Shown one piece after another: positions 38,065 to 50,405 of a stretch of 64,000 bases of DNA. Made by a program: the position numbers and the translations under genes. This DNA comes from Zootoca vivipara (taxonomy: Eukaryota), in contig NC_083276.1 in the NCBI RefSeq assembly GCF_963506605.1, positions 34,286,001-34,350,000 on the forward strand. Reading direction: 5' to 3'. The notes under the pieces are model-generated. The model was not told where the DNA came from and did no database searches. It saw only the letters and a program-made list of their open reading frames with translations. Within the stretch, counting starts at the first letter, position 1. The number at the start of each line of letters is the position of its first letter.

Positions 38065-38342
38065 GTTTACTAAATTTATATACTGTGCTTCAGCCAAAGA
38101 TCACTGGGTGGCTTACAACATAAAACCACAAAAATATAAGCTATAATAACAAACCAAAGCATTAATTCTAACATATACAGTTTAAAATGCCGCAGATTGT
38201 TTAATTAGTCCAAGGCCTGAGAGAAAAGGAATGCTTTTGCCCGGTGCTTAAAGATATGTAACAGAGAGGAGCCACTTCAGAAAAGGCCAATTCTTGCGTT
38301 GCCACCCTCCATACCTCACACAGAGGAGGCATAAAAAGAAAG
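38065..38342 (-). mobile_element. Old L2 3' fragment
   Basis: reverse-strand L2 3'UTR and ORF end (gagccacttcagaaaaggcc), same subfamily as 6665. Confidence 0.6.
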
Positions 38343-38771
38343 AAGTCGGGTGCTTCCTTCAAGCTGGTGATGGGGCTGTATTTTTAACTTGTGACAAGCT
38401 TTAAAAAAATATTTGTTTTACTATTTTAATTTTATTGTTTAATGTTTTTATTAGTAGATTGTATTGTTTTAGGTACTGCTTGTAGATAGCATTGAACTTA
38501 CAGAAACATAGGCTGTAATTATCAATACGCTCCACAACAACAAAAACTGAGAATTATTTTATTAAAACTGCAAGTTTCTAAGGTACCAGTACTCTCTGGG
38601 CCACAAGATCATTTGTTGTAAGAGGCTAAGATGACTGTTCTTTTGGAATGTGTTTAAAGAGCAGATTGGCCTGATTTCCCCAATTTACTTTCATTTTTCA
38701 GGAATTAAAATAATGAAATCTCATTTTTGCTTCAGCCGCCCACATAGAAACCTTCTGCACAGAAACACAAG

Positions 38772-38773
<2 letters not shown>

Positions 38774-38813
<40 letters not shown>
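38774..38813. repeat. (TA)n microsatellite
   Basis: direct reading. Confidence 0.95.
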
Positions 38814-38815
<2 letters not shown>

Positions 38816-40006
38816 CCAAGCCAGCATCTTTAAAAAGCTCATTATTATATTGTGCTATGATGCATGATTTTTATATATATAATAAAGCAGCATGTCTAAA
38901 TGGCAAAAAGCAGGCTTTCTACAAAAAAATGTAAAGTCTTTTATATCATTATCTCTCTTTTTTTTGCACAGGAGAAAAGCCATTATCGGTTGATATACCA
39001 AATATGCATGGTTAGAAATAGAAGCAGATCAATTTAACACAAAATATTCACAGATATTTTATATTGCCATAATAGTCAAAGACATTTCATAGGATGTTGG
39101 GAACAGAAGTTAGATAAGATTTTCATGAAATTATGCCCTACCCTGTAGAAGAAACTATAGGCACGCTCAACAAGAAATGCAATAGTTATCTACATATTGC
39201 ATCTCTACAGCACAGTGCATAAGGAGTTGGATTTAATCACTTTAAAACTGTCATTTCTTTTGCTGAACAATTCTGGTGTATGATTGTTGCACGATTGTTC
39301 AGGAGTAATCTACCCTTTGTTTTTGTGATGAGTTTTGTGATAGTACTAAACCAGCAACTTGCCTTTCATGCTCTGAGAAACTAGACTTTGCAAACCAGGA
39401 GCCAAATTGACAGGGAGGGAATGCATTTTGGCACACTGACATGAAATATCCAATTTGGTGACAGCAGTAAAAGAATGTTTGTGCTTCCTCTTGGTATGTG
39501 GGAATTAGAATCACGTGCATTCCAAAAGAAGGCATTGGTAAGATAACTTATAATAAAAACATCCCATCAGCTTTGTCTCTAACCATGCCATCCAAACTCT
39601 TCCGCATTTGTTCCGAAAAGGAACAGACTTTAAGTTGAACAGGTTACCAGCTTTCTGGATACGTACCTTTGAACATTTACATCTATAATTAATAATGGGA
39701 TTCCTCTGTTACAGGGGAAAGAATGGCTGTGCAGTTTCACATCCAGCTACATAAAGACATGCATGAGCTATAAGCATGACAAGCTTGTGTGAGTGGCTGG
39801 CGTAAGAAGAAGAGCTATGCTGTATCATATGCCAGAAAATCCATGGATTTAAAACACAGTTCACCCAGAAATAAATAAATGATAAATAATCAATTCCTCC
39901 CTACGTAAGATACAGAAGCTGACCTTGTACTATGTATAGATTGTTGTACCCTAAACTTCGAAGGCTGATTCTTTTTTTTTAAACTGCATCAAATTGGGTG
40001 TGCATG

Positions 40007-40007
<1 letters not shown>

Positions 40008-40040
<33 letters not shown>
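40008..40040. repeat. (CA)n microsatellite
   Basis: direct reading. Confidence 0.95.
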
Positions 40041-40043
<3 letters not shown>

Positions 40044-40203
40044 CCTTCTCAATTATGAACAGTGCATCCATTGTGTGTGTGAAATTATTCCCCTTTGAAA
40101 GAAATATGGTGGATGAATGGATCAGGGCATCCTTCATTGTTTATGTTAAAGCAAAAAAAGAGGCAGGGAGAAGTGTACACATAGGCCAAACGTACTCAGC
40201 AAG

Positions 40204-40582
40204 CAGGGCCGGTGCTAGGGTTTTTTGCACCCTAGGCGAGATCACCTTCTGGCGCCCCCCCCCAATTAATTAAAAAAATTAAAATAAATAGAAAAAATAG
40301 AATAGAAATAGAAAAAATAAAAATAGAAATAGAAAAAAAGTAGAAAAAATAAAAAATAAAATAAAAAACGCCCCCCCCACTGCGCCTGTCAGCTGTTGTT
40401 GAGCGGCTTCAGGCCGCTCTCCGGAGGCACGCGCGCACCTCGGGATAGCGCCCTGAAGCCGCTCAACAGTGACAGGTGCGGAGGAGGCAGCACCAGGGGG
40501 CAGGGGCAGGCTGGCCAGCGCCCCCTCCATTTTGGTGCCCTAGGCAGCTGCCTAGTTCGCCTAAATGGACGCACCGGCCCTG
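40204..40582. mobile_element. hAT (Tip100-like) non-autonomous element, CpG-rich, 8-bp TSD
   Basis: TIRs cagggccggtgc / gcaccggccctg; TSD tcagcaag / tcggcaag; internal hairpin 40382-40479. Confidence 0.9.
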
Positions 40583-40903
40583 TCGGCAAGGAGAATGTGT
40601 GTTTTGTACCCAGAAAGCCAACTGAGAATTGGCTCTGTGAGTCTGTTCAGTTGCTATTCTGCCTGTGTGGTTCAATGGCGAGAAGGAGACACTGAAGGAA
40701 ATATGGGACACACTATACAAGTCAGTCAGAAGTAAAGAAGTATATTTCACTCAAGTTTCAAGAATGATTACTATATATATAAACAACAGTTCCAATAGTG
40801 TCAGCAATATTTTGGCCTGACTTCCAAGCTAGTTCAAAATAAGCCTCAAGGACCCCTATTCATCCTCTTCCATTTATCCCCTTGAGTGGAAAACCCTCTA
40901 GTA

Positions 40904-41039
40904 CAGGCATGTCAAACCTGCGGCCCTCCAGATGTTTTGGCCTACAACTCCCATGATTCCTAGCTAGCAGGACCAGTGGTTGGGGAAGATGGGAATTGTA
41001 GTCCAAAACATCTGGAGGGCCGCAGGTTTGACATGCCTG
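40904..41039. mobile_element. hAT hairpin MITE, 136 bp, 8-bp TSD
   Basis: perfect TIRs caggcatgtcaaacctgcggccctccagatgttttgg; TSD ctctagta at 40896-40903 and 41040-41047. Confidence 0.95.
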
Positions 41040-42369
41040 CTCTAGTAGAAAATCATCTTTTATGAAATTGGTCTAAGGCACAACGAACCAGAGCAATTAA
41101 AAAACAAGTAGGGTTGGAATAAGTGTGGATTTTATTAATACCTTTTATGCCTTGTTAAATACTGCACACATGTTAAGGTTTCTATCCTGACTGCCACCAT
41201 GTTTAGGAGGAATATATATTTAATTGTATACATAATAAGGATCTCTCCCCCCCCCCCCCGCATAGAAAACACATGTCCTGCTTTTTGACTAGGATTCATT
41301 CACTGATCAGCCACCCAACCCAAATTTTAATAGAAAGTCTCTGAATAGCTTATAATCGCAGCTAATATGTACTAATAACAGCTCTGAGGATATGCCTAAG
41401 ATTATAATATATTAAAAGACCCATCAGCTTTTCAGAAGAACATGTAATTTTATGTTCATTGCTTCTTGGTTTCTGACTCACGAATTTGGATGGTTGCACC
41501 TCAATTTAAAGTTGAATGAAAGCTAATATAATATTAATAAAAACTCCAATAAAAAGTTAAAGTTGTGTTCCCAATAGCATTAATGACCGCTACGGTCATT
41601 ACCATGAGATAATTGACCTTCCTGAACCTCTTTTCACATGGAACCTTCCACCCAGTACAGCCAATTATTTAACCGTAATGAGTGCTCTACAAGAGATTAT
41701 TGTTTAACCAGGTATCCTGTCACAGTGCTTTTGCCCAGCTTCTGAATTCTCTAACAAACGTTGCAATGTATATGTAATAACTTTGTCATTTCCCAAGGAA
41801 TATTTCCAAGACTTACTTTCTTTGTTCCCTATGAAGCTGGCACAACTTCATACAATATTAAATGCACTAGCATCTCAAAAAAAACATATGTGAGAATTCC
41901 AGTCGCTACATTTTGTGGGGAAGAAATAGAAGGTAAGATGAATGGGAGAGGAAGCCTAAACTTTTGCTTAGAGAAAATGTAAGCTGAGATGATTGGGTGG
42001 AAAGATGTCATGCTGGTCCAGTTTAACCATTCAGCTAGAATAGGGAACCAATTAATCTTGTCATACATATTTGGATGCAAATCCACATGTGATGTGTTAA
42101 GTTTTAGCACAGAAATCTTATAGGCTCTATAAACTGCAGCTGATTTCACTTATGGGATCAGAATGATATGGCTTGATTTGGATCTCAGTGGTCACCATAA
42201 TCCTTGTACTGAAACTCTACTTAGAGCACTCTATCTCGACTCCAAAGTAATTTCCAAATTGAAAGGTGGTTTCTGAGCAGGGCGTTCTCCATCATGACAT
42301 ATATTCAGTATGTACAAGTAAACGCAAAAATAGTGTGAATGGTATGCATAACATAACATGGATTTAGAC

Positions 42370-42702
42370 CAGGGCTGGATTTAGGTTTGATGAGGCCCTA
42401 AGCTACTGAAGGTAACGGGGCCCTATCTATGTCCAACTGTCCTTTGTCAACAACAAACTCTCGCTGTTTTTTGTGTTGAATATATGCTATACGGTAATTT
42501 ATGGACCTAATAGGTATCTAAAGCTATTTGCACATAACAAAACACTGTTGCTGCATGTAGGTTTTATTTTATTTGTTTTTTAATCTAATATTTTGGAAAT
42601 GTACATCCGGGGTTTTTTCCCCTTTAAATTTTTTTTTGGGGGGGGTAAGAGAGTGGGGCCCTAAGCTATAGCTTGTTTAGCTTATACATAAATCTGGCAC
42701 TG
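42370..42702. mobile_element. hAT non-autonomous element, 8-bp TSD
   Basis: TIRs cagggctggattta / taaatctggcactg; TSD atttagac at 42362-42369 and 42703-42710; subterminal ggccctaagcta repeats. Confidence 0.9.
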
Positions 42703-43418
42703 ATTTAGACACAAGGTGTTTCCAGATTGCTGCCGATTACACAGTTAAAGTTGATTTGGTGCTCCTGTGCAACAAATCTATCCCAGCCTCGACCCTGCAA
42801 TATCGGACATTTTGTGATCAGGAAAGTAATAGGAAAATGCACTAGAAAATGTGGAATAATGCTGGTTGGATGCAATGTTACCTAACCTCCCTGCAAGCAT
42901 ATCAGAATGAATGCTCAGTGAACAGTTGCTGTTGTCCACGCAGCCTGCAGACTATGTGGAAACAAATCATTATGACAGCTCAATAAACAGGTCGTCTGGA
43001 AGCAACCACACTGGATATCAGATACAAGGGCTGATCACCTATTTTTTTCCTGGGGGGAAATCTCTTTGAGTTAGATGCAGAGAAACTGTGTATCTAATGA
43101 TTTGTAGACTGTCCTAAAATTCATTGTTTGTCCCCAAACAGAGAATTTAAACTTGCAACTGACTCTTCAGAGCAAACTTTTCAAAATGGCTGCAGCTAAT
43201 TTTACCCCATTCTGACAAATAGTAAAACTGGAAAAAAGAATCACCAAACTTACAGATGGCCCCATTGGAAAATAGTATTTGAAAGGCTTCTTTATTCAGA
43301 ATGTCATTTAGTAAACTCAGTACTATACCAACAAAGCAAAACAAAAAGTAAGGTTTTTTTTATTATTTGTATAAAATATATTATTCTTTCAGGCTGTACT
43401 GAAATAGTTCCTATTTAA

Positions 43419-43670
43419 NNNNNNNNNNNNNNNNNNNNNNNNNNNNNNNNNNNNNNNNNNNNNNNNNNNNNNNNNNNNNNNNNNNNNNNNNNNNNNNNNN
43501 NNNNNNNNNNNNNNNNNNNNNNNNNNNNNNNNNNNNNNNNNNNNNNNNNNNNNNNNNNNNNNNNNNNNNNNNNNNNNNNNNNNNNNNNNNNNNNNNNNNN
43601 NNNNNNNNNNNNNNNNNNNNNNNNNNNNNNNNNNNNNNNNNNNNNNNNNNNNNNNNNNNNNNNNNNNNNN
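43419..43670. other. N-run, 252 nt
   Basis: counted directly; unique flanks. Confidence 0.99.
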
Positions 43671-44928
43671 ATGACTCTTCTGGGTACTATGTTAAATCAA
43701 TGAATAAATTACCAAAAGTGTGCTGTGGCTGTTTGGATGTGTAATTGAGCCTAACGTATGTAGTGTTATTTCAAAAGAAACTGTTCAAGGAGTTTCTAGA
43801 CCAATCCACTATGCATCTTTTTTAAGCTGTTTGCAAATAGCAATAAATGAAACTGTCTCACAGTAGGAAGGAAGTTTAGTTATATACACATTAGGCAAAT
43901 GGGGGGGGAGTTAATTTTAATATGCTTTTCAAGAATTAAAAACAAACTAACAGCAGCAACAGTATTTGCTGCTTTCAAAAAAAAAAAACACCCAGCATTT
44001 TCATACTGTGATTTAAATTTATTTTAATTAAGGATTATTCTCTATTCCAAAGCACTTATGCCAAAGTAAATCAAGAAGAAATTCACCGAATACATTGCAG
44101 GTGTGCCATGTTGAAAACCTTGCAGTAAGGTCAAAACTAAGGCCAAAGTCTATTACATCCCTAAATCCTGGGCATTAAAATATCATCCATTCAATTTAAA
44201 AGCATCCTAAGTTGCAGCAGGGGAGTATTTTATTTTTTAAAGCATTTATATTTTAAAATGTGAATTAATAGTTAAACTTGATTTTGCAAAATGAAGCAGC
44301 AGGAAACCCAGAAGTACAAAAAAACAGCCCATAAATATGGTATCTAGGAAAACAATTTCTGCATACATATTTCCATTTTAAATTACTAAGTAATTCATCT
44401 TACTCGCTGAATTTGTTTAATGAGAAAGTGAACACATTTGATATCTTATTTTGGCTATTTTACTGCCCTGTCTCATTTTTTTTTGTTTGCCAATGTGGTG
44501 ATATTTTTAAGTTTGAAACAATGGTACTGTAGTTTCAAGTTAGATGAGACTGACCTGAAGGAGAAATTGAAGCTGTGAGAGGAAGAAAGGAAGGCTGGAC
44601 CTGTTGGGCTTTCTACGGAGTTCTGTTGCCGAAAGAAATATCTGGCTCTGCTAAATCTTTATCTTAAATTCAGACAAGAAAGACTAAATGTGTGGGGTGG
44701 TGAGTGTCAAGTGATGATTGCTGTTGTGAGCTGGAAAGGAAACATGCATATCAGTGGAATGATGTAAAAATAGGTGGTTGTGAGTAGAAAGGAATGCTTA
44801 AATAGGCCCAGGTGGCTTGGTAAACACTTTTTAGAACCTCTGTTTTATAACGTTCCGTTAATAGCTGAAATCTCCAGTAGGTACGTCTGTGCTAAGCTGG
44901 ACAGTTATTTTATTAAGTCATGCACATA

Positions 44929-45388
44929 GTGACTGGGAGCAGTCGCCGAGACCACATAACACCGGTCTTGAAAGTCCTACATTGGCTCCCAGTACGTTTC
45001 CGAGCACCATTCAAAGTATTGGTGCTGACCTTTAAAGCCCTAAATTGCCTTGGCCCAGTATTCCTGAAGGAGCGTCTCCATGCCTATCATTCAGCCCGGA
45101 CACTGAGGTTCAGCGCCGAGGGCCTTCTGGCTGTTCCCTCACTCCAAGATGTGATGCTACCGGGAACCAGGCAGAGGGCCTTCTCAGTAGTGGTCCCTCT
45201 CATCAGATGTCAAAGAAATAAACAACGATTTGACTTTTAGAAGACATCTGAAGGCAGCCCTGTTTAGGGAGGTTTTAAATGTCTGATGTTTTACTGTATT
45301 TTTAATATTTTGTTGGAAGCTGCCTAGAGTGGCTAGGGAAACCCAGCCAGATGGTGGGGTATAAATATTATTATTATTGTTATTATTA
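44929..45388 (+). mobile_element. L2-clade LINE 3' fragment
   Basis: RDHITPVLKVLHWLPVRFRAPFKVLVLTFKALN; TTA tail. Confidence 0.92.
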
Positions 45389-45517
45389 GCCTTGACATTC
45401 TACCATTATACAATTCCTGGCATATGGAAAGGCACGTGTTTGTGTGTGTGTGCTTGGAGTCCAGAGTTTTCCAAGACATGTCTTATGTCTACAGTAAAAG
45501 AATGAACTGGTGAGATA

Positions 45518-45696
45518 CAGTGGTACCTCAGTTTTCAAATGTAATGCATTCTGGAAGACTGTTCGAGTTCCGAAACGTTCGAAAACCAAAAACTCAATAC
45601 GGAAAACTCAATATGGAAGCATTTCCTTCCGGGCTTATGGCGTTCGGAAACTGAAATGTTTGTCAATGGAGATGTTTGAAAAGCGAGGTACCACTG
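45518..45696. mobile_element. Tc1/mariner-pogo MITE
   Basis: TIRs cagtggtacctcagttttcaaa / tttgaaaagcgaggtaccactg; TA TSD. Confidence 0.88.
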
Positions 45697-47444
45697 TATA
45701 TGGTTGGAGCTTAAGATGAGGCCAAATGGATGCTAAATAAGTCATGGAGAGAGTACTTCCTCATTATATTCCTGATATTGAAAAGGGATTGTCATTAATG
45801 GAGGCCTGGATCCTTCCCATTTCCAGCATTAAAAAAATCTTTCACCACAAAGTCTACTTGTCAATTCTGCCACAGCACAAAAACATTTTGAAGTCTGCCA
45901 GATATAAAATTCAGGATGTCCAAATAGATTTTGTCTTCAAACATTGTTTTACCTGTTTTCCCCTTTGTGCCCACCCTGGTGGAGAATAGTTGTGTTTTAT
46001 GTATTCTGCTGGGAGCAGAACTAAAAGATTCTACAGATAAAAAGGTTGCTATAAGATGTTGTGCTGAAAGACTAAAACAGGCAAGTACTGGGGAAAAAAG
46101 AAAGGAAGGAAGAAAATATGCTACACAACCCAGCAGAGTATGAAAGTAATTAAAATAGTTTAAAGAGAATGCTAACATGCAGAACCTAAAATTTGCCTTT
46201 ATCTAACAGTATCTTTGTTCATATCAGCGTTCCTTTTGTTCTGTATTACATAGATAGTAATTCTTCAACATCAACCGTAACAGCAAAAATTCAAATACTG
46301 AACTACTAATTAAGCACAGTAATATTTATAAGGTGTTAGTTTATTCTGCAGATATGAACACTTAATTTAACACACAAATACAATAAAAGTATAAAATGCT
46401 TTTCGTAGGGGTGGGGGTGGGGAGGAGACCATCGAGCAGTGAATAGTGAACCATAGTCAATGGAATGAAGAAATGTTTTTCATTTCCAGAAGTAGAATAC
46501 TATTTCAATAATATGACAGACAATGTATGCTTGTAAGAGAAAGCTAATTTTTTTAAACAAAAATGGTGATGGCTGCTGTATAAATATGTATGTAAAGAGT
46601 TTTTAAGGCTAATATTTTTCTATGCTTTTTTTAATTGAATAAAGACACAGTGACTGGTGTGGAACAGAATTGATTCAAGAGATTATTTCCTGAACCATTA
46701 AAAAAAAAATAAACACTCAGTGCCTACTCAGAACAAAACATTTCCCTTTGTTATTGGCTCAGCCATGAAAAACCACAACACAACAATGAACAAATGGATT
46801 AAAAATGCCCATTGAGACACATAAATTTGTGACCAGGGTGAAGCTAGCCATTAGAGAAGTAAATTCCTATGGATAAAATTGTGTCTCCAGTTTATTTGTG
46901 GGAGAAAGCAGATCTGTTTTAAAATAAATAGATCTGTTTTAAAATAAGATGCTCAGGAGAGAGGGAGTACAAAAGTCTACGAAGCTTTCATTCCACCTAT
47001 TACACAAATTCAAAATACTTAAGCTGATAAAAAAAAAAAGGCCCAGAAAGGAACGTTCAGGCATCTTTACAAACTTTACATTGCCGTTAAGATGGCAATC
47101 CCATACTTATTTACCAGGGATTTAAGCCCTATTGTGCTCAGTGGGAATGACTTCTGAGTAGACACGCAGAAGATCACACTGTTAGTTTGGAAACCTAATA
47201 TTTAACCAATGCCTATCTACTTTTCACTGCTGTTGGGGTTGTGTCACTTCAGACCGCAGGTGGGAGTCCACATCACTTAAATGGTCTTTGATACAATAAT
47301 GGGGTGGGGGACCCTTTCACACCCACTAGATAACTGGGGGGAAAGTAGCCTTAAATGAATAGTCAGTCATGTGAACCCACACCTACAGTTTTAAATGATT
47401 CAGCCCAGACCTGAGAAATCGGGTGGGCAAAAACAGAACTCCAC

Positions 47445-47476
47445 ACCGCCACCTGGTGACACAGTGTTATAATGCA
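47445..47476 (-). promoter_or_regulatory. Candidate CTCF site with upstream motif
   Basis: minus strand reads TGCATTATA-acact-GTGTCACCAGGTGGCGGT: strong core plus TGCA-type upstream module at about canonical spacing; unique sequence. Confidence 0.6.
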
Positions 47477-48204
47477 TATACTGTACAACAAATACAAAAA
47501 AGCGCCTTTTCTTTGTCAATGTAGCTGAGTCCACGGGCTCACCAAATCAGTGATGCTCTATTAATTTATTTATTAAATTTATACCCCACCCTTCCTCCCA
47601 AATGATCTAACTGGTTTCCAGAACTTTCTGGTCATTGTACTTAACAGACTGAACTGTGGAACAACAACAAAAAAAACTTTCACTATTGCTATTGCTTTCT
47701 GGTACACCGCCCTAAAATCCTCATTTGATATTTTAATTAAGTACATAAATATTGATACTGGTCTTATCTAATTATCTATTGCAATCACCATGGCAACACA
47801 TATTCCCCTGACATAAGGGGTGGAGTTGGGAGGGGACAAAGTTTGCTGACACTAGACAGCAATCAGTCAGGAGTTGATGCGGTGCTTAATTTGTGTACAG
47901 GCTGACTGACAGTGACATAGATCATTTTCTATACTGTGACACTGACAAGCAGCAAAATTACACTCCACCTCACAAGGGTTTTCTGAAAAAAAAACAAAAA
48001 ACTGGTAATTCTCTAAGCTAGATGTTGATTTTATAAATTTATCTGTACCTAAGCCAGTGAATTGCTCTCAAATTGTACCGTATGTACTGTGAGGAACTTC
48101 AAAAATATTCACACTCCTCACTTTTTAGAAGCTCCCATATAATTAAACTGTGGTGTGACTGTTTTCCAGCTTATCTGAAACCCTGAACCATAGACAGCAT
48201 AGAT

Positions 48205-48524
48205 CAGGGATCAGCAAACTTTTTCAGCCGTGGGCCGGTCCACTGTCCCTCAGACCTTGTGGGGGGCCGGACTATATTTTGAAAAAAAATATGAACAAAT
48301 TCCTATGCCCCACAATAACCCAGAGATGCTTTTTAAATAAAAGGACACATTCTCCTCATGCAAAAACACCAGGCAGACCACACAAATAACCCAGAGATGC
48401 ATTTTAAATAAAAGGACACATTCTACTCATGTAAAAACACGCTGATTCCCGAACCATCCGTGGGCCGGATTTAGAAGGTGATTGGGCCGCATCCGGCCCC
48501 CGGGCCTTAGTTTGGGGACCCCTG
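48205..48524. mobile_element. hAT (Charlie-like) non-autonomous element, 8-bp TSD
   Basis: TIRs cagggatcagcaaact / agtttggggacccctg; TSD gcatagat at 48197-48204 and 48525-48532; ~60-bp internal duplication. Confidence 0.92.
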
Positions 48525-48565
48525 GCATAGATCCTGTTTTGGAAAAGGTACAAAGGCAAGCATCA

Positions 48566-48627
48566 GGCACCCAGCTCAGTCAGTAGAGCATAAGACTCTT
48601 AATCTCAAGGTTGTGGGTTCAACCCTT
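48566..48627 (+). pseudogene. tRNA-Lys(CTT)-derived fragment (pseudogene or SINE head)
   Basis: agctcagtcagtagagcataagactCTTaatctcaaggttgtgggttcaaccc resembles tRNA-Lys-CTT with CpG decay; acceptor stem lost. Confidence 0.8.
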
Positions 48628-48917
48628 GTCCACTTTCCCCAAAGATTGATCTTTTCGTGATGATGGGGAAATGGACTGACAGCAATGTCATCTCACCCCC
48701 CTGCAAGCAAATCACAATGAATCTGTATTAAAAGCCAATGTCATCTAATTTCCCTGCAAATAAATCAGGATGGCTGCTCAACAAACAAGTCATATAAAAT
48801 ATCTCTCTCCCTCTCTCTCTCCCCACCTCTCTCTCTCACACACACACACTGCTATAACTGAATTGCAGTTTGAAAACTTTTACAATTCCATCATTCCTAG
48901 CTTTTGTTCTTGGTAAA

Positions 48918-49225
48918 GGGGTGGGCTCCCGTTGCTCTGTCCCAGCTTCTGCCAACCTAGCAGTTCAAAAGCAAATTATTATAATTATTACCAGTGCCAG
49001 TAGATAAATAGTTACCGCTGCAGCAGGAAGAAAACGGGTTTTCCATGCGCTCTGTTTTCTGTCACAGTGTTCTGTTGTGCCAGAAGCGGTTTAGTCATGC
49101 TGGCCAAAGCTTTATGTGGACAAACACTGGCTCCCTCAGCCTGAAAGTGAGATGAGCTCCGCAACCCTACAGTCGCCTTTGACTGGACTTAACCATCCAG
49201 CTGTCCTTTGCCTACCTTTTACCTT
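48918..49225 (+). mobile_element. Sauria SINE, 5'-truncated, older subfamily
   Basis: ctcccgttgctctgtcccagc...ccaacctagcagttc...gtcatgctggcca...tacctttt; possible TSD ttggtaaa. Confidence 0.85.
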
Positions 49226-50269
49226 TTGGTAAACCATGATGGCTATGTTAAACATAACAATGAATTTTAAGCCACTGTTCCCTTTTACTGTAGGATAAAA
49301 GATTATTATGAGAAATGCTATATCTGTTTCTTTAATTGTACAATCAACGGTGCAACCCTATACGTGTCTAGTCAGAAGTAATCCCATCTGAGTTCATTGG
49401 CACTTACTCCCAGGCCAAGTGTGCACAGGATTGCAGCTTTAGTTGCAAACCACTGCTGCAATAACTTTCTTTCAACAGCAGATTCAAAATATGAATCTTT
49501 AGAGATTAGAAACCTAGAGCTGAAAAGCCCTTTAAATGAACTAAGAAAAAGCAACATATCTGCTCACGTATATGACATTTCCCTGTATTGATCTGAAGAC
49601 CCAAATCAATTCACTTGTACTTTTTCAGTATCATAATACTAATCTTAAACATTACAGGAAAAGCAGGGTGGCTCGAACCATCAAGATGCATTAGAATTTC
49701 TAACCATAGACTTACAATTCGTAGCTACCATTCAACCTTTCTTTTCCTTTCGGCTTGCTCAGCCATTTCACAAAAGTGCCTCCTCAGATTTTCCAATCAA
49801 GTTTTGCTTTTCTGTGTCAGGAATAGGGATTAGTATTTTTGGACCTACTTTTACTGTACTGTGAAATTAGACTTCTCAAGTAAACATATTAGGAAATTCT
49901 TTATATGGTGCAAATTATGTTTTTCACCTCTCATAGTATTATAGACCCTTCCATTTTATTTTCTTTAGCGACAAACCCATGTGGGTTTTTGACTGCGCAA
50001 GCCCACCTCATCATAAAATTTGAGAGTTCATTGGTGTGTTAATGGGAGCTTTGCCCCCAATTTTCTTATGTGAGATTTTCAGTAGCTTTTGCCTTGGAAC
50101 AAAATTAAACACCTAGAATAAAATTAATCATAGCTATTGCCTTAATACATCTGGCCCTCCAGGTGTTGCTGGACGACAGCGTCTACCATTCCTTATTGTT
50201 GGCTATCCTGGCTGGGGCCAAGGGAATTGGAGTCCAGCACCACAGTTTCCCTGGTCCTGCTTTAGTTAT

Positions 50270-50405
50270 TATTAATTATTACATTTATATCCCACCTTTC
50301 CTTCAAGGAGCTCAAGGTGGCAGACATGGATTTTCTGTTTCCCTAATTTTATCACCACAAGAACCCTGTGAGGTACGTTAGGGTGAAAGGCAGTGACTGG
50401 CCCAT
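50270..50405 (-). mobile_element. MIR/CORE-type SINE fragment
   Basis: tttatatcccaccttt...ttttatcaccacaagaaccctgtgaggta..ttagg...gtgactggccca. Confidence 0.65.

Noticed and set aside
40279-40750. GC-rich ORFs and a long hairpin (possible pre-miRNA)
   Set aside because: Inside a hAT element bounded by TIRs and an 8-bp TSD; no independent evidence for an RNA gene.
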